64,000 nt of DNA. Origin: Amoebidium appalachense. Taxonomy: Eukaryota; Protista; Ichthyosporea. Where the stretch lies: NCBI GenBank assembly GCA_963693365.1, contig CAVNZM010000001.1:4542907-4606906 (forward strand), given 5' to 3'. The position numbers and the translations under genes were made by a program. The notes beneath the pieces are model-generated. The model searched no databases. It was not told where the DNA came from and saw only the letters and a list, made by a program, of their open reading frames with translations. This document shows, piece after piece, positions 1-31,640 of the stretch (the stretch's first letter is position 1; every line of letters begins with the position of its first letter).

Positions 1-60
1 TATGAAGTGTCGAAACTCGATAAGTCTTGATGACAGGGGCACCCCTTGATGTAGAGTCCA
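1..60 (+). repeat. Degenerate partial copy of the ribozyme repeat (SLC10A7 intron)
   Basis: GTCGAAACTC..TTGATGAC.GGG..CCCC-TTGATGT: same linker as copies B and C, but the core is mutated. Confidence 0.45.
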
Positions 61-336
61 CCGGGAGCCCGAGAAAGATGGGGAGAGGGGGTGGGTGGGT
101 GGTTGGGGGGGGGGGGGGGGGGGGAGGCCCGCGTGGGGAGGGGGCGGGGAAGGGGGGGAGGGAGAGAGGGGGGGGAGGGGGGAGGGGGGGGGGGGGGGGG
201 GGGGGGGCTGGAACAGGACAAGAAGGCCTCAAAAATAGACGGGTAAGGGAACATGGTGGAAGGTGGAATTATTGCTGCGCACACTGTAGATGGGAACAAT
301 ACCGTGTGTGCTCTCACCCCATATTGATTTCATTAG

Positions 337-924
337 GCTAACGATGTCATGTGCTATTGCAGTGTTTGGGTTGGTGCTTGTGGTGATGGTAGCCATCCAC
401 TATCTGTCGTTCAATCTGGCGAGGGTGCTAAGGTGGGTACTGAAGAGGAATGCAGACGTAAGATACACCGGTTGTGTTTGGGAACGGTGTATAGACGCAA
501 CAACGTAGATATGCAAACTTGCACACGCACACACGAAAACATGGATGCTCACATGCGCATATGCACATACACATGCAAACATTCATAAACATTCAAAGAT
601 GCATACGAATGCACATGTGTGCACACATGCACACACACATGAGGGCATGTACACTTACGTGCAGGCATCAACCAGATCTCAACTACATAGTGCAAGCCAG
701 GGCAAAGCAGGGTGTCATGGAGAAGAAAAAATCATGCTCGTTGGTTCGGTTTGGGGGGGGGGGGGGGGGGGGGGAGGGAGGGAGGAGGAGGAGGGGGGGG
801 GGGGGGAGAAGAGAAAAGGGGAGGACGAGAGCGGGGAAGAAAAGGGCAGGGGGGGGGAGGGGGGGGAAGCGAGAAATGCTGAGGGGTTAGGGTATGGGGT
901 GGATTGAAGGGGGAAGGAGATGTT

Positions 925-998
<74 letters not shown>

Positions 999-1662
999 GG
1001 GCTTCAGTTGAGAAGGAGATGGAGGAACGAGAGCTGGGACCATAGTGCATATGACCATGGTTCCTACCCCTCTCCCCCCCTCACCCCCCACTTTCCTCCC
1101 ACCGAGCTGCTACACAGTTCCACACATGACCACATAAGGCGTGCACTCACACAGGCATCCCTCTGTTCTCCCCCCCCCAGGTTCTCGTCTCCCGACGTGG
1201 TAGCCGCCATGTACTGCTCCAGCCACAAGTCCCTCACCCTGGGCATACCCCTACTGCGCATCATCTTCCAGGACAGTGGTGACCTGTCCATCCTCTCCGT
1301 CCCATTGCTGTGCTGGCACCCGGCACAGGTATTGTTTGTTTGTTTGTTTGGTCTGTGATAAGGGGATTTGTCTACTGATTCGGTTTGTTGCTTTCTCCCT
1401 CAGCTTGCAGATCTACTAATATTGTACTTCGCTTGGATCCCTACACACCCGGGAACCAGTTTAGTATGGGATGTATGTTCATTCCCTCCTCCCTCTCCCT
1501 CCCCTCCTCGCCCGGGGGGATGATGATGCATTATTCTGTGTGCGCTTTGCAACATCTGCGTCATGTTGTCCGCCTCGAGTGTGTACTCCGTACTCAATCA
1601 CGCATTCTACTCTTGTTAGCCATTCTAACAGCCCCCTCCCCCCCCCCCCCCCCCCCCCCCCC

Positions 1663-1716
<54 letters not shown>

Positions 1717-1943
1717 ACACACACACACAGATTCTGTTTGGCAGCCTGTTAGTGAACCACCTTCAGACATGGATCGCCACCCATCCCCTCCCCGCCCACC
1801 GCCCATTAATCCCCCTTGAGCGCCATGTGGTCCCCATAGACCAAGCCTGGGAGCCAATCGGAGAGGACCTCACACCTACAAGTAGCGCCTTGGGAAGTCT
1901 GCAGTGGAGGGCACACAGCCACCATCAATTGGTGGAGATTTGA
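337..1943 (+). CDS. SLC10A7: Sodium/bile acid cotransporter 7-like (SLC10A7/RCH1 family), 3' part; 5' exons lie before the window
   Basis: Exons 337-432, 1181-1328, 1731-1943 with GT-AG ends and consistent phase. The spliced product ..[63 protein letters not shown].. matches the recalled SLC10A7 signature [42 protein letters not shown]. Confidence 0.9.
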
Positions 1944-2692
1944 CGTGTTTTTAAATCCCAAGTAGGATTGGCCTCTTATTGTTTTATAATGAATGATCAA
2001 ATTTTAACCCCATTTTTCTTGGGTGCATTTCAGGAGCGAAGAGAGCACGGCTTTTGCCCTGAGATATTTTTTCTGTATTTTAACAAAAGAGCGAACTAAG
2101 GGAAGGTAACGCTAACATGACGCCGAATTGCTTTAGCTATAGCATTGGCTTTTCTGAGTTCAAAAGTGAAAAAGGATGTATGCCCATTTCACATGTACAG
2201 AAGATATATTTTTATGCACATTGGTGATGTATATCGGATTGGCAATATAAAAAGAAGTGTTGTGATATAACCGTGTGAACTAAGTCTTGTAATTTAGCCA
2301 TTTTTACTCGTAATTCACCCTTAAACTGTGCATAGTATGTCCACAAAAAACGACTAAAATGGGATAATCTTTCCACAGGAGTCAATTAGGTATGAGTATA
2401 AATACGAGATATACCCCCATGGTACCTAGCATCAGTCCGGCGACGTCACAATGACGATGTCCCTTGCTCTGAAAAGGCTCGTAACTTTTATGGTAAGAAA
2501 TACAAAATAACCCTTGAAATCTTGAACCTGGGTGATATTTTTTCGGGTTTTACGGTATAGTGCTCGCAGCTTTGTCTAAAGCTTGGCAACGTTTGACGTA
2601 CTTGTTTAGGTGCGAGTGGCACCATCAGATGATGGAATTTGTGTCTTTGTGCGAGTCCGGGCGGTGCACGTGTGCATGTGGCCATGAAGTGG

Positions 2693-2742
<50 letters not shown>

Positions 2743-3871
2743 GCGTGTCTGTGTGTGTGTGTGCAATGTGTGATGCGTGCGTACGTGTACATGTTTGCAT
2801 GTGCAAGTGTGTGTGTGTAGCATGCTGTGTGCACCGGTACAAATACACGTGTAGGTGCGCTACAGAGGGGGTCCGACAGAGAGAAGGGGGGAGGGGGAGG
2901 GGGGGAGGGGGGGGGGGGGGGGAAGGAAGGGAAGTGACATTGTGTGTGTGGCGGTTTATGCTCCTGCGTTCTGGTAATCGTACGAATCTTGGTGCTGCAA
3001 ATATGCGCCCCTTGTGGCATACTTGCACATGGGCACAGGGATACAGGGAAGCGTCACTGTTCAGTTATATAAACACAGGAGGGAAACAGTGGCGAATGCA
3101 TATGCAGTTGATATTTAGTCTATTGGCGTAAATCAACGTCGGAATGTGCCTTTATCCAGCAACTTACTACTGTGTTTATTGAATTGTGCAGTTCAACTTG
3201 TGCCGAAGCTATGAATAGCGGGTGACGTTTTCTGTGTGCCATGTTTCAACGAACCCAAACAGTGGCACCTACCAGACTAACACGCGTACACATATATCCG
3301 AGAATCACCGCACAGCAGGCGTCCATATTGGTTGCTCATAACACAACAGGCTTAAACAAAAAAAAAAAAACCAAAAAAAAAAAAAACCCTTCATGTTCTT
3401 AAGACTGATTTGGCCAATCGATAACATGCACACAGCACACACTTGTTCAATGATACGCCATTCGTACATAACTCTACAGCATCTAACATTAGGGACAAAA
3501 CGGTTTTCCCTTTGTGCGTGTGTTTAGTTAGTCATCGGGTGTGGTGGTTTTAGGGGCGGGTGGGGGCACTGAACCAATGCTATGCTCCACTGTATAGTAT
3601 AGGAAAAGAACTCAAACCTTTTGCTCAAGCCTGAATATGGCGTAGAATACACAAAGCCTTTCAACAAATGTCCCCATCCAGACATCGTGGGCATGCTACA
3701 AACATGTTTTTTCTTTGCCGAGGGTGCTAAATCTTCAAGAAAACCCAACCACCATGCTCTACATACAGCACATGCCAGCTATGCATGGTGTTGCATATAC
3801 CACCTAGGACACACAAGCTGCATAGATAGCAGTGCACTCTGCCTGCCACAGTGTTTTTGATATCAGCATGA

Positions 3872-8913
<5,042 letters not shown>

Positions 8914-9618
8914 TTTTACCAGTGTCTTGGTCGGGAAACATCCACAGGGTAGATCCAGAAGCAGGGCTACTTTTCTCAAGCAATAACAACGGACGAAAAG
9001 ATGATGATTGTCACTGCCCCGTTGTAAAATACCTTGCGGATCTTATCAAAAACACTCTCCTGTTGCGTCGTTCAATTCTCCTTTTCCTCGTGGGTTCTTT
9101 CAACGAACTTACAAGGTGGAAAGCCGGGTCCAAAACAAGACATCGGTGCAGTAGTGAGGTTACCCGACTTTTCTAGCTACTCTAAGTTGGTGCGCTGTGC
9201 TCAAGTAATCAGCAGATGGCTTCTAATAATTTTAACGAGGTTTTTCCCCCTCTCCTTTTCTTTTTTACCTACACAACCTTTCCGTTTTGCACTCCACAAT
9301 ACCGAGTATGCCTGCTTGCAGCTTAGCTTTTCAAAAGAAAATGAGTTAGTTATTAGAAAAAGCGAAAACTTCAATAAAAAAGACAACTGCGCCGGGAGCT
9401 TCTTTAGGCTGTGCCAGGGTTGTTGTCGCATTCCAATGTGCCTTACAAAAGCGAGCGGATTGGCTACGCAAGCACCAATAAAATTGTAAAATAACCTTAT
9501 ATGGTATAGATGGACATGAGCCAGTCTTACAATAGTCTAGCCAGAGCCACCCGGGGTCCCGGACAAAGTTTGCTTGCCTGCCCGCCGGGTAGTCACTTTG
9601 AGTGCTGTCTTCCTGCGG

Positions 9619-9663
<45 letters not shown>

Positions 9664-10204
9664 GTTGCCGCAGGCGACAGGCGTCCCGCGGCGTAGTAGT
9701 GCTCGGCCACTTAGTAAACCAGCGGGTACAAAGCCATGGAGACTAGCTGCCGGGGCCCGGACTCTCTAATACTAGATCTGATCTCCGAGCCTCCCCGGTC
9801 ATGAGTCCCAGCTGCAGGGCCGGCCCCTCCCCCCGGGGGAAAAAAAAGGCAAATGCCATTTGTCCCTCCTCTGGCGGCGCCAAGTTCGGTATACGGTGAC
9901 AAACGTCACAAATTCGCACGCAAAAACACGCACGAACACACACCGTGACACGCACACGCACATGCATACGGACACACACACACAAACGGACACACACACA
10001 TGCAAACACATGCACAACACACACAGAGACGCACGCACGCACGCATGCGTGCACACACATACACACAACGAATATAGTGACACACTCTCAGACCCCACCA
10101 GACACACACAGACACACACACATTTACACACAAGCGCGTGCACACGCACACACACACGCACACACACACACACACACGCATACACGCGCACGTACGCATA
10201 CACA

Positions 10205-10293
<89 letters not shown>

Positions 10294-12109
10294 CTACACC
10301 GGTTCAGTACTAGCAACACACCTACCCCTAACCGGGTATTCCACACAGAGACACACGCACAAACACACACATGGGCGCACACACGCACACTGCGCTCATG
10401 CATGCACGCATCTTCCACACCTATTACTACATGCACTGTGAGATTGACCAATTGCAAGACGCATGAGAGTCAGTATAAGAGGCATCAAGCATCACGGATC
10501 GCGGGGGTGCACGAACGCCTGCCCTGAACACCAGCTGGCCGTGGCCACACGTACGTGCACCTGCAGTGACCGTCAATAGCAAAAATGCACGAGTTTCATG
10601 TTTTATTTTCTGTATGTTGCGAAGATCTGTGAATCCATGGCATACATCTGCCTGTCCCCTTTACTATAGTCAAATTCCCGATCCTAAAGATCTGCATTCA
10701 CTGACCAACCATGAGGGTGAGGGCGCCTCCGGGATCCGCACGCGGAAAGAGAAAGGTGGCGATGTTGGGCAAGCGGTTCGCATGTGCGGATATATGTGTG
10801 CGTGTGGGTGCGTGTGGGTGCGTGTGGTTGCGTGTGTGTGCGTATGCGTATGCGTTTTGTTGTTGTTGTTGTCATGTTTTGTTCTGAGTTGTTTTTTTGG
10901 TCTGCAGCTGCTTTCCGGCGCCTGACCGGGATCACGACGCGTGGCGGCGTGACGCGTCGGACCTGCAGCTGCTGCCAGTGCAGCCGCAGTCCAAGGTCAT
11001 GTGATCCACATTCCACAGAAAATGTACGACAGTATGTAGGCCGCATAAAGCAGATCAAAAAACAAGCACTCGTTCATAAGCAAACGCCGAAAAAATTTCT
11101 AAAAAGTGACAAATAAGTGATACACAAGCTATGCGGATTATTTTTCTCGGCCGTCGTATATAGCTAGTGCCGTATAAAGGAGTTGTTTTGGTGCTCATTT
11201 TGCTCACAGGCAGAGGGTGGGGGAGTTTCTACACTCCTCTGCTCTTTCCCAGATGCGATTGGCCCACTATAGTACATGCTGTACGATTGGTCAATTCAAA
11301 TTTCCAGTGATTTCGGCGGTCTTCCAGTTTGACCTTATGACTCATTGACCACCTGACCGCTTTGTTGCAGTGGCTCAGGACTGAAATTGTGACTCAATCT
11401 GATCAATCGACTTGCACACTTGTACATGGTGACACACTCTCTCCCCCTTTCACACGCGGAACGTCTTCTGGAAGGAATGGTGCAGTGACGCTATAATGGG
11501 CCAGCTTTGGTTGCGCAAGTGTGCTCATAAAAGTTGGTACATGTCTGTGTGTATGACTCAGTTTACACTCGGAAGTCTTCAACGAATTGACTCAAAGCAA
11601 AGCTGTGCATGCATCTCTCCTTCATTGATTCAAGTCCACAGCTTAGTAACTTGCCTTCTCCTCATTATCACAAGTGGGACATCACGCTCCTCAGGCCGAG
11701 GGTGATGTTGACTAGAGAAAAAATAGTGATTCAATTGACAGGTTCTATCCGTATCCATGTTGTATCCACGAGCTCAACGAATTTCTTGGAAAAAGCATCT
11801 GATACTCACACTTACACACTTAGATTCTTTTGTGCTCCTGCAGACCTAAACCGAACCAAACATCACCTGTGTGATATACTCTATTTCTCTATTTTTATAT
11901 GCCGGCTTCCCTTGGCAAATATCCCCTGCCAGCTGCAGGTAGCACGAGTCTCGCGATTTAACGGCAAATCCAACGCCGGTGATGCGTTACTAGAAACAAA
12001 GTTTAATCAACCACTAAGATCTCGAATCATTAGAATACTATTAAGATTCAACTCTGACTCGTGCGGCAGCATAATGTCAGGTGGGCTATGCCCGTAACTC
12101 TTACCAAAA

Positions 12110-16721
<4,612 letters not shown>

Positions 16722-17664
16722 TTAGCATGTGCATTACTGGTGAAATATGTCGCTTTGCTTTTGACCGGGGGAGAGGGGGGGGGGGGAGGGGGGGGAGGGG
16801 GGGGGGGGGGGGGGGGGGGGAGGGTGACGGGGAAAATATGGGTGTGGAGGAGGCGGAGCGGGTCTCCGGAGTGTTCAATGGTCCCTCTCTCTGTGCTTCT
16901 CTCTCTCCCCCCTCCCCCCTCCCTCCCTTCCCTCTCTCTCTCTTCGAACTCTTTCTCTCCGTCTCTTTCTCTCTCTCTCTCTCCAAGGCTCTCCCCCCCT
17001 CCCCCCTCGCTCTCTCTGGGCTCTGACGGTTCCCCCCCCCCCCGCGCTCCCGTTTCTCTTCATTTCGTGGGTTTTGGGGATGGAGAGGAAAGATACGAAT
17101 GACATCCGATCATGCATGTATGTGATGAATTTGAACTGTATGCATGAAGCCTTCAAATGATGTAGTGGTGTATTGTTGGCTGGTGTAAGGGGGCGACCAA
17201 TAAATTGTTGTGAATAAACTTTAGGGTCACAGTGGAGAGCAACCCTCGCGCGACGAATGCTATAGCTCCTATAGGATGAGTCATTGATGAATTTCTGCTA
17301 AACTTACGTTCTGGGCTCGGTACTGATTGTTTGAAACGTTTGTGTTCACGGTGCCTTTGCTTTCACGCAGGAACACGGTCATGTATACCAGGATGTCATG
17401 AAATTCTGATGAAGCTCTGTGGTATATTTCTGGGGGTGCTTGTGACGCCTCTCGCCTGTAGTGTGTGGCCCGGTGCTGGAAAACTTGAAATACTGGAAAA
17501 ACATGCACGGTGACACCGTGTGTGTCTGACGTTTTTGTGTGTATTTGTGTGTGTATGTGGCCCGTGTGTACGTTGTCCTGGTCCCCCCCCCGGGGGCCGG
17601 GGAATACCAGTATGCATACAGCCTTTCTCGTCAAAACTTTCAGTATTTTATACGGCTATTTATT

Positions 17665-18472
17665 TCATCGCCCACCCACTGCCACTACTGCCACCCCTTC
17701 CCAGGTGACTAATAGCCCAGCCTGGACACAGTATGAGAGACCGTGCACATCATGTAACAGTTCAAGACGCTTTGCTCGTATCACCCTGGTCGTCATGATG
17801 TGTACACGTGCGCGCGCACGTGCGAGCGTGTGTACAATGTATTTGTGTGTGTGCACGGACGTGCTCCAATCATATCTGCGTGTTTGTGTAGGGGAAGGTG
17901 TGTGTGTGTTTTTTGGGGAGGGGGGGGGGGGGGGGGGGAGAGAAGTACTACGTAAATTGAAAACCATTTCCTTGGAATTATGATAATGTGGTGGTAGACC
18001 AAGTACTATGGTAGTAATTGGGGTAGTGTTGGAAGGGGAGGCGAGAGAGGGGAGGGCTCACACAGACAAAAAAAGGAGGGAGAGAGTGAGAGAGAGGGAG
18101 CCCCCCCCCCCCCAAACATCCCCCCCTTCCACCTGCCCCCTCCCCTCACTTTACGGACCCACCCACCTATTTTCCATGTTCAGCTATAAAAACATCACTT
18201 TCCTGTCCGTTGGTTCTTTGTTCTTCTCTTGGTTTTTTTCTTTCATAGAGAGATTTTGTGTGTGTGTGTGTGACGGTGAAAGACGGATCAAGTCAACAAA
18301 AAATCCGGGGGGGAAGGGGAGAGGGGGAGATGTGTTGTTTATTATCGACACAAATATAAAGCTGTGAGCAAGGACGGCACCAGGCCAACAGTACTTTCAC
18401 GCAACCAGGCAAACGGCTAGAAGACGTCCATACGGAATGAAATATATCAATTGGGGAGATATAAAAATGGTG

Positions 18473-18506
<34 letters not shown>

Positions 18507-18753
18507 ATAGGGAGGCAGTGAACAAGAACAAGAATCCTTCTATATCCGCGCACACAAGCATGAAATGGCTCAGGCAATTGTTACTGGTAGCATCGAGAGC
18601 CGGACTGTGTAGTATGGACATAACCGATGGTGTGAGGAGAGGAGGATCCCTCGATTCGAATGTTGTCCCAAATGGCCGTGCTCAAAGTGCCCGTGAAGTG
18701 CTGTGGGTTGGTGACGGGTGAAGGAAGGGTGAAGGTGACGGGACCAAAAAATC
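17665..18753 (-). other. Possible spliced exons of an unidentified minus-strand transcript
   Basis: Complex-sequence islands 18753-18585 (AG..GTAACA) and 17785-17665 are phase-compatible (GFFGPVTFTLPSP..GSRCYQ/VIRAKRLELL..VGGR*). Flanks show the G/TG plus-strand skew typical of minus-strand introns here. No recognisable homology. Confidence 0.25.
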
Positions 18754-20700
18754 CTAGACACGAGGCATGTGCCATGTGGGCCGTGCAAAAGCATGACACA
18801 GTAATAAGTACTAATAGATAAAGGTCTTTAAAACGGGTATCATTGAATATTTGTTGTTTTTAGTGTAAATTTGTGTATGTGTGTGTGTGTAGCATGCGTG
18901 GGCAGTGTAAGTGCGTGTGTGCTTGTCCCATGCACACACGTTTAACAATTGTGCAGGGCTGTGCACACATCAAATGCTATTGAAAATGTTAGCGCATATG
19001 TCACACTTGTGAAAGTGCCTAGACGATGCGTGCCTTACTGACATACTCGCTAATAAAACCAAAACCAAACAAACACACCACATCGATAAACGATTGCGAA
19101 TGCAAGCACACAGGGCCTACCCCAAACTTAGCAGAGGGGTTTCGTTCCATTCCAGAGCACGGTCATGTGCCTGCATCTCCGTACTTGAACCTACAGTTAG
19201 GCCGAAGGCAGGGGAGGCCTCAATAAGGGGTAGGGAGCAAAGGCAACCGAGAGGGGGTATTGTAGGAGTGAGAGAGAGAGGGGGAGGGGGGGGGGGGGGA
19301 AGGGGGGGGGGGCAGGACAGAGAGAGAGAGATGAGAGGCGAAGGGGTGAAGGGAAGGACACAGGAGGGACAGGAGAGGGAGGGAGGGGGGGGGGGACGGA
19401 AGAGGGAAGGGAGGTTGGGAGGGGGGCAGGGAGGGAGGGAGGAAGGAACGGGAGGGAGGGAAGGAGCACGAAAGAGAGGCACGGAGGGAGTGAGTGAGGG
19501 AGAGGCGCAAAAGGGGTGGGGAAAGAATGGATGGGGGAGAGAGGGAGGGAGGGACGGACGGAGGAAAAGGGGGGGAGGAGAAGAGAGAGAGAGAGAGGGG
19601 AAGAGAGAGAGAGAGAGAGAGAGAGAGGGAGCGAGAGAGAGAGAGAGGGGGAGAGAGAGAGGGGGGGGGGAGGAGAGCGAGAGAGAAAGGAGAGCGAGAT
19701 CAGAAACGGGAGGGGCGCAGGGAGGGAGAGTTGTAGGGGGGAACGGAGAGAGAGAGAGAGAGGAGAGGGAGGAGGAAGCGAGAGAAAGAGAGGAAAGAGA
19801 GATAATAGGGACGAAGCAGAAGTCTTTTGAAAACAGAGGAGGGATGAAGGGAGGAGCCCGCCGGTATTGTAGTCTAAAAACTCTAGAACGTAGACTTCAA
19901 CCCATAATTACAGCCCTCTGGTGATACGAAACTCTGTAAAGTGACTTCAGCAGCAGCGGACTAATATGGGCTCTAACCATTGGTTGGTACTGGAAGCAGT
20001 TCCTAGATTTGCACTAGCTCTGAGCGCGGTAAGAGCTCGAAACCAAGCCTGGTTGGAAGGGGTCTATGTTCACTGCTAAATAGCTGTGCATTAACAGATA
20101 TGTTATGAAAAATTGATAATTTTACATCTGATGGTGATATCTGTTTTAGCTTTATTAGGGTGTAGTATAGCGATAGTATCAGAATTTATGTGATTCAGCC
20201 TTATCTACGTTGTTGTGTTGTTTTGAAATTTGCCAACCTCTGATGGTAACACATACCATAGATCAAGTTGCTAAACAAATAAAAAGTACATAACGTCAAG
20301 AAATGTATAGCCCTGTTCTTTATAGAAATTTATGTTCCTATCAAGATATTGGCATGATGGGATCTAATACTAAATCAAAAGACACCCAGAAGTATTTTTT
20401 TGTATCCCTAAAAACTCAAAGGACCAAAGTCACCAAACTGCGGCCCTCCTCTTCTCGTAACACACAGCCAATCAAAAAGATTCCTTTGCACCAACCTCTA
20501 GCGCCGGCATTAGAAAGCTGTTCATCCGTCACAAACCTAAGAGCCCTTCAAGCTGTTGTAAACTAATCAAAATCGATTTATAAAGTTTTAAAGCAAATGA
20601 TTTGTTTTAGGTCATTTATATATCTCACCGTTTGGACTCACGCACGCAAAGGTACGCAGGGTGGTTATAGGGGTCTTTGTTGCATCCACGTTGGTGCCCG

Positions 20701-20708
20701 TATATAAA
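20701..20708 (+). promoter_or_regulatory. TATA box of the cold-shock gene
   Basis: TATATAAA about 80 bp upstream of the ATG at 20786, which has an AAAAATGG context. Confidence 0.6.
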
Positions 20709-20785
20709 CCAACGCGCGCAGGTGGCAAAAACATCATACGTACGCTCCCAACGTCCTCCTAACGGTGTTGTGAGCTGTATAAAAA

Positions 20786-21805
20786 ATGGCCGCCCCAATG
20801 ATTACCGGAACCTGCAAGTGGTTCAACTCCGAGAAGGGGTTCGGCTTCATCACCCCTGATGATGGCTCCCCGGATGTGTTCGTCCACCAGACGGCTATCC
20901 ACGCCCAGGGCTTCCGCTCCCTCGCTGAGGGCGAGAAGGTGAGAGATCTACTGCTGTGGTTAGGTTGAGTTTGTGCAGTCGTTGTTTGGGTGGCGCCGTT
21001 CGTCTTGACACCGGCTTAGATACGTGCCGGTGGTGCCGGTGTTAATGACTGTGGCCATACCTGTAGCGTTCTGTATCCTGCGACAACCTTAGTTCTTTTT
21101 TTTGGGAGCAGTCTTCTTATGTTTCGATTATTACTCTCATGCTGACATCTTGTTTGTCCAGGTCGAGTTCTCTGTCGAGAACGACCCCAACACCAACCGG
21201 CCCAAGGCCCAGCGCGTGACCGGCCCGGGCGGCGCCTTCGTGCAGGGTGCTCCCCGCGGTTTCCGCAGCGGTGGCAATGGTGGCTTCAGTGGTGGCCGTG
21301 GCGGCGGACGTGGCGGCTATGGTGGCCAGGGCGGCTATGGTGGCGGCTATGGTGGCCAGGGCGGTTATGGCGGCCAGGGTGGCTATGGTGGAGGCTACGG
21401 GGGCCAGCAGGGTGGCTATGGTGGCCAGGGTGGCTATGGTGGCGGCTACGGCCAGCGTGAGCAGCGCGGATATGGCGACCGGTGAGTGACTCGTGTAGTG
21501 TGGTCTGTTGGATAAGGCCCTAGGTGCCTGCAGGTTCTTGGAAATGGTAACCTTGGCTAGGATGTAAGGGGCTTGTGTCTGTTGCTTCTTCACTTGTTAG
21601 TTTGTGGACGTTCTAGCTCAAACTCACGCGCTAGTGTTACAGACCTTCTAGCTCGAACTCAGCTGTTAGTGTTACAGACTTGCTATACCAGCAAACACAA
21701 GTTGCTGACATCTCAATGTCCATTCACAGCCAGCAGGGTGGCTACGGCGGTGAGCGTGGTGGCTACGGCGAGTCTGCTGGCTACGACAACCGCGGTACCT
21801 ACTAA
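20786..21805 (+). CDS. Cold-shock domain protein with glycine/tyrosine-rich (GGY/RGG) tail
   Basis: Exons 20786-20938, 21162-21481, 21730-21805. [15 protein letters not shown] (RNP1), DVFVHQTAI (RNP2), [20 protein letters not shown]; strong C/T-ending codon bias. Confidence 0.95.
21611..21680. repeat. 35-bp imperfect tandem duplication in cold-shock gene intron 2
   Basis: TTCTAGCTCAAACTCACGCGCTAGTGTTACAGACC followed by TTCTAGCTCGAACTCAGCTGTTAGTGTTACAGACT. Confidence 0.85.
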
Positions 21806-23719
21806 ATGTACCCACTAATAAGCATCGGGGCTTCCTGATGTCATTTATACATATATATATCGCGTGTAATATGTTCTTGTTTCACTGATTTGACTTCTTT
21901 TCTTTTGTTTTTCTTGTTTTTGCCTCACCAGACCGACCCATCGTAAAGACACGACCTCGCCTTTGACTTCACTGCAATCGAGACTTGACGGGAACGAAGC
22001 AGACTGTCGCGAATGGAAAGGAACAAGCTTTGTAGGCCCCAACGAAAGAGGAGAGAGGACACGACCCCCGAAAGAAACCGTGACCGCGATTCGTCTTTTT
22101 TTTTTTTGCGAAGCTCCCTGACTGGAACATGTCTTGTGTCACTGACCTTTTTTGTAGTATAAGCGCCCCATAGCACCTCTGATACTCAAAGTTAGTATGT
22201 GATCTGCCTTACGAAGTTAAAAATCTGTATTCTTGGACTCTATATGAAAGTAGAGGGCTTGTTTGTTGAAAGGTAGCGAGTTATTCTACCCTGCTGCTTA
22301 GGTCAGCAGAGGCTGCAGTAAGGCCAGCTGTACTTGTTCGTTTTAATACCACACATGGTCCCTACGACACGATGGAACTGAAATAAAGGTCTCAGGCTGA
22401 TTTTTGGTTATTCGTAGGCATGGCAAAGGCAACCATGTTTCTCGTGCTGGCAGTTTCCTCGAACGGCTAAAATCTGACTGCGCACATTACCCTAAACTAA
22501 CACTCCTCAAGTTTGCTTGCGTATTATGTAAGAAAAAATGTTTTTATTACATGCACAACACATGGCTCACAAGCTGCATACTAGCACACGGCCATCTTGG
22601 CGTTTCTAGATGGCCGTGATACTAGCAGTTTCTTGGTTCTAATCACCTCCGTGAAAATGCCCGGTGTCAAAAACCTTTGAGTTAGCGGAACTCGGACGGC
22701 ACAGTCGTGAGAACTTGGCATGATTGGGTGGCTCAGACTTTCAATGGTTGGTAAATGTTTGTTTGCAGTGCACAGGTGTCGTGTGTGCACACATACGTAT
22801 TTGCTTGTACATGTGATGTTCATGTTAGCGTCATATATTTGTATTGTGTGAAGTCCCCTTGACTGGTATACCCTATGATTTCGGGGCAGCACCTCCTCGT
22901 TGAATTTTCTGCATCCATTTTGGAACTTCACGGTCCCAACCGTTTCGAGGCCGATTGCACACGGTGAATGCCCACGAGCCAAGGTGTGGGCATGTAGCTT
23001 CACTCAGTGGCCCCGCGACCATCCATGCATATGGACTACGTTATAACACATGTACAGTAGATCTGTGCTAGGTATGTATGCCTGCCCCTGAAGTTTAATA
23101 CTGATAATAGCTGCAGTGTACAGCTGTGTACGCTTCTACTACACGTACATACCAATAATCTTTGTCGTGCATGCGATGAATTGTCTATTGTACTCGGGAG
23201 TGTGCACCGTCGCTGCGCAGCCCGGCCGGCGCCAGCGCCCGGCGGCTGTTCGCGAATCAGTCAGCTGTGACGTCACTTGGTGCACTGGGGCAGATCTAAT
23301 GGAGATTTATTTGCCGCACTAGCCAATCAAATCACATCTAGTTACGCAAAAGCTCAAATCCGGCGAAATGCCGGCATGTTCAAAGCGCGTCTCGATCCTG
23401 CAGCTGAAACACCGGCCCGGCCGTGTCTTGAAGTAACGTGGTCAATAACGTTCTGGAACGAAAGAGAGGGGCACTTTTACTAGGGGTAACAAGTTGAAAG
23501 AGCTAAGGGAAACAGAGGGGTTGTTGGGTGTGGTGTCTGATGGAAGGTGGTTGTTTATGCACCCAAATTGGTGCTTGGCTCGTGCTGGTCATTGTGTTGC
23601 TGCTTCTGGATCTTGAGCTTGTCTTGGAGGGGTGAACCATTGTTACAGCGAATGGCTGCTACATCGAGTTGCTTTACAAGGACGACACGACACGGTAGAG
23701 ACTAAGACACAAGGCCAGC

Positions 23720-31640
<7,921 letters not shown>

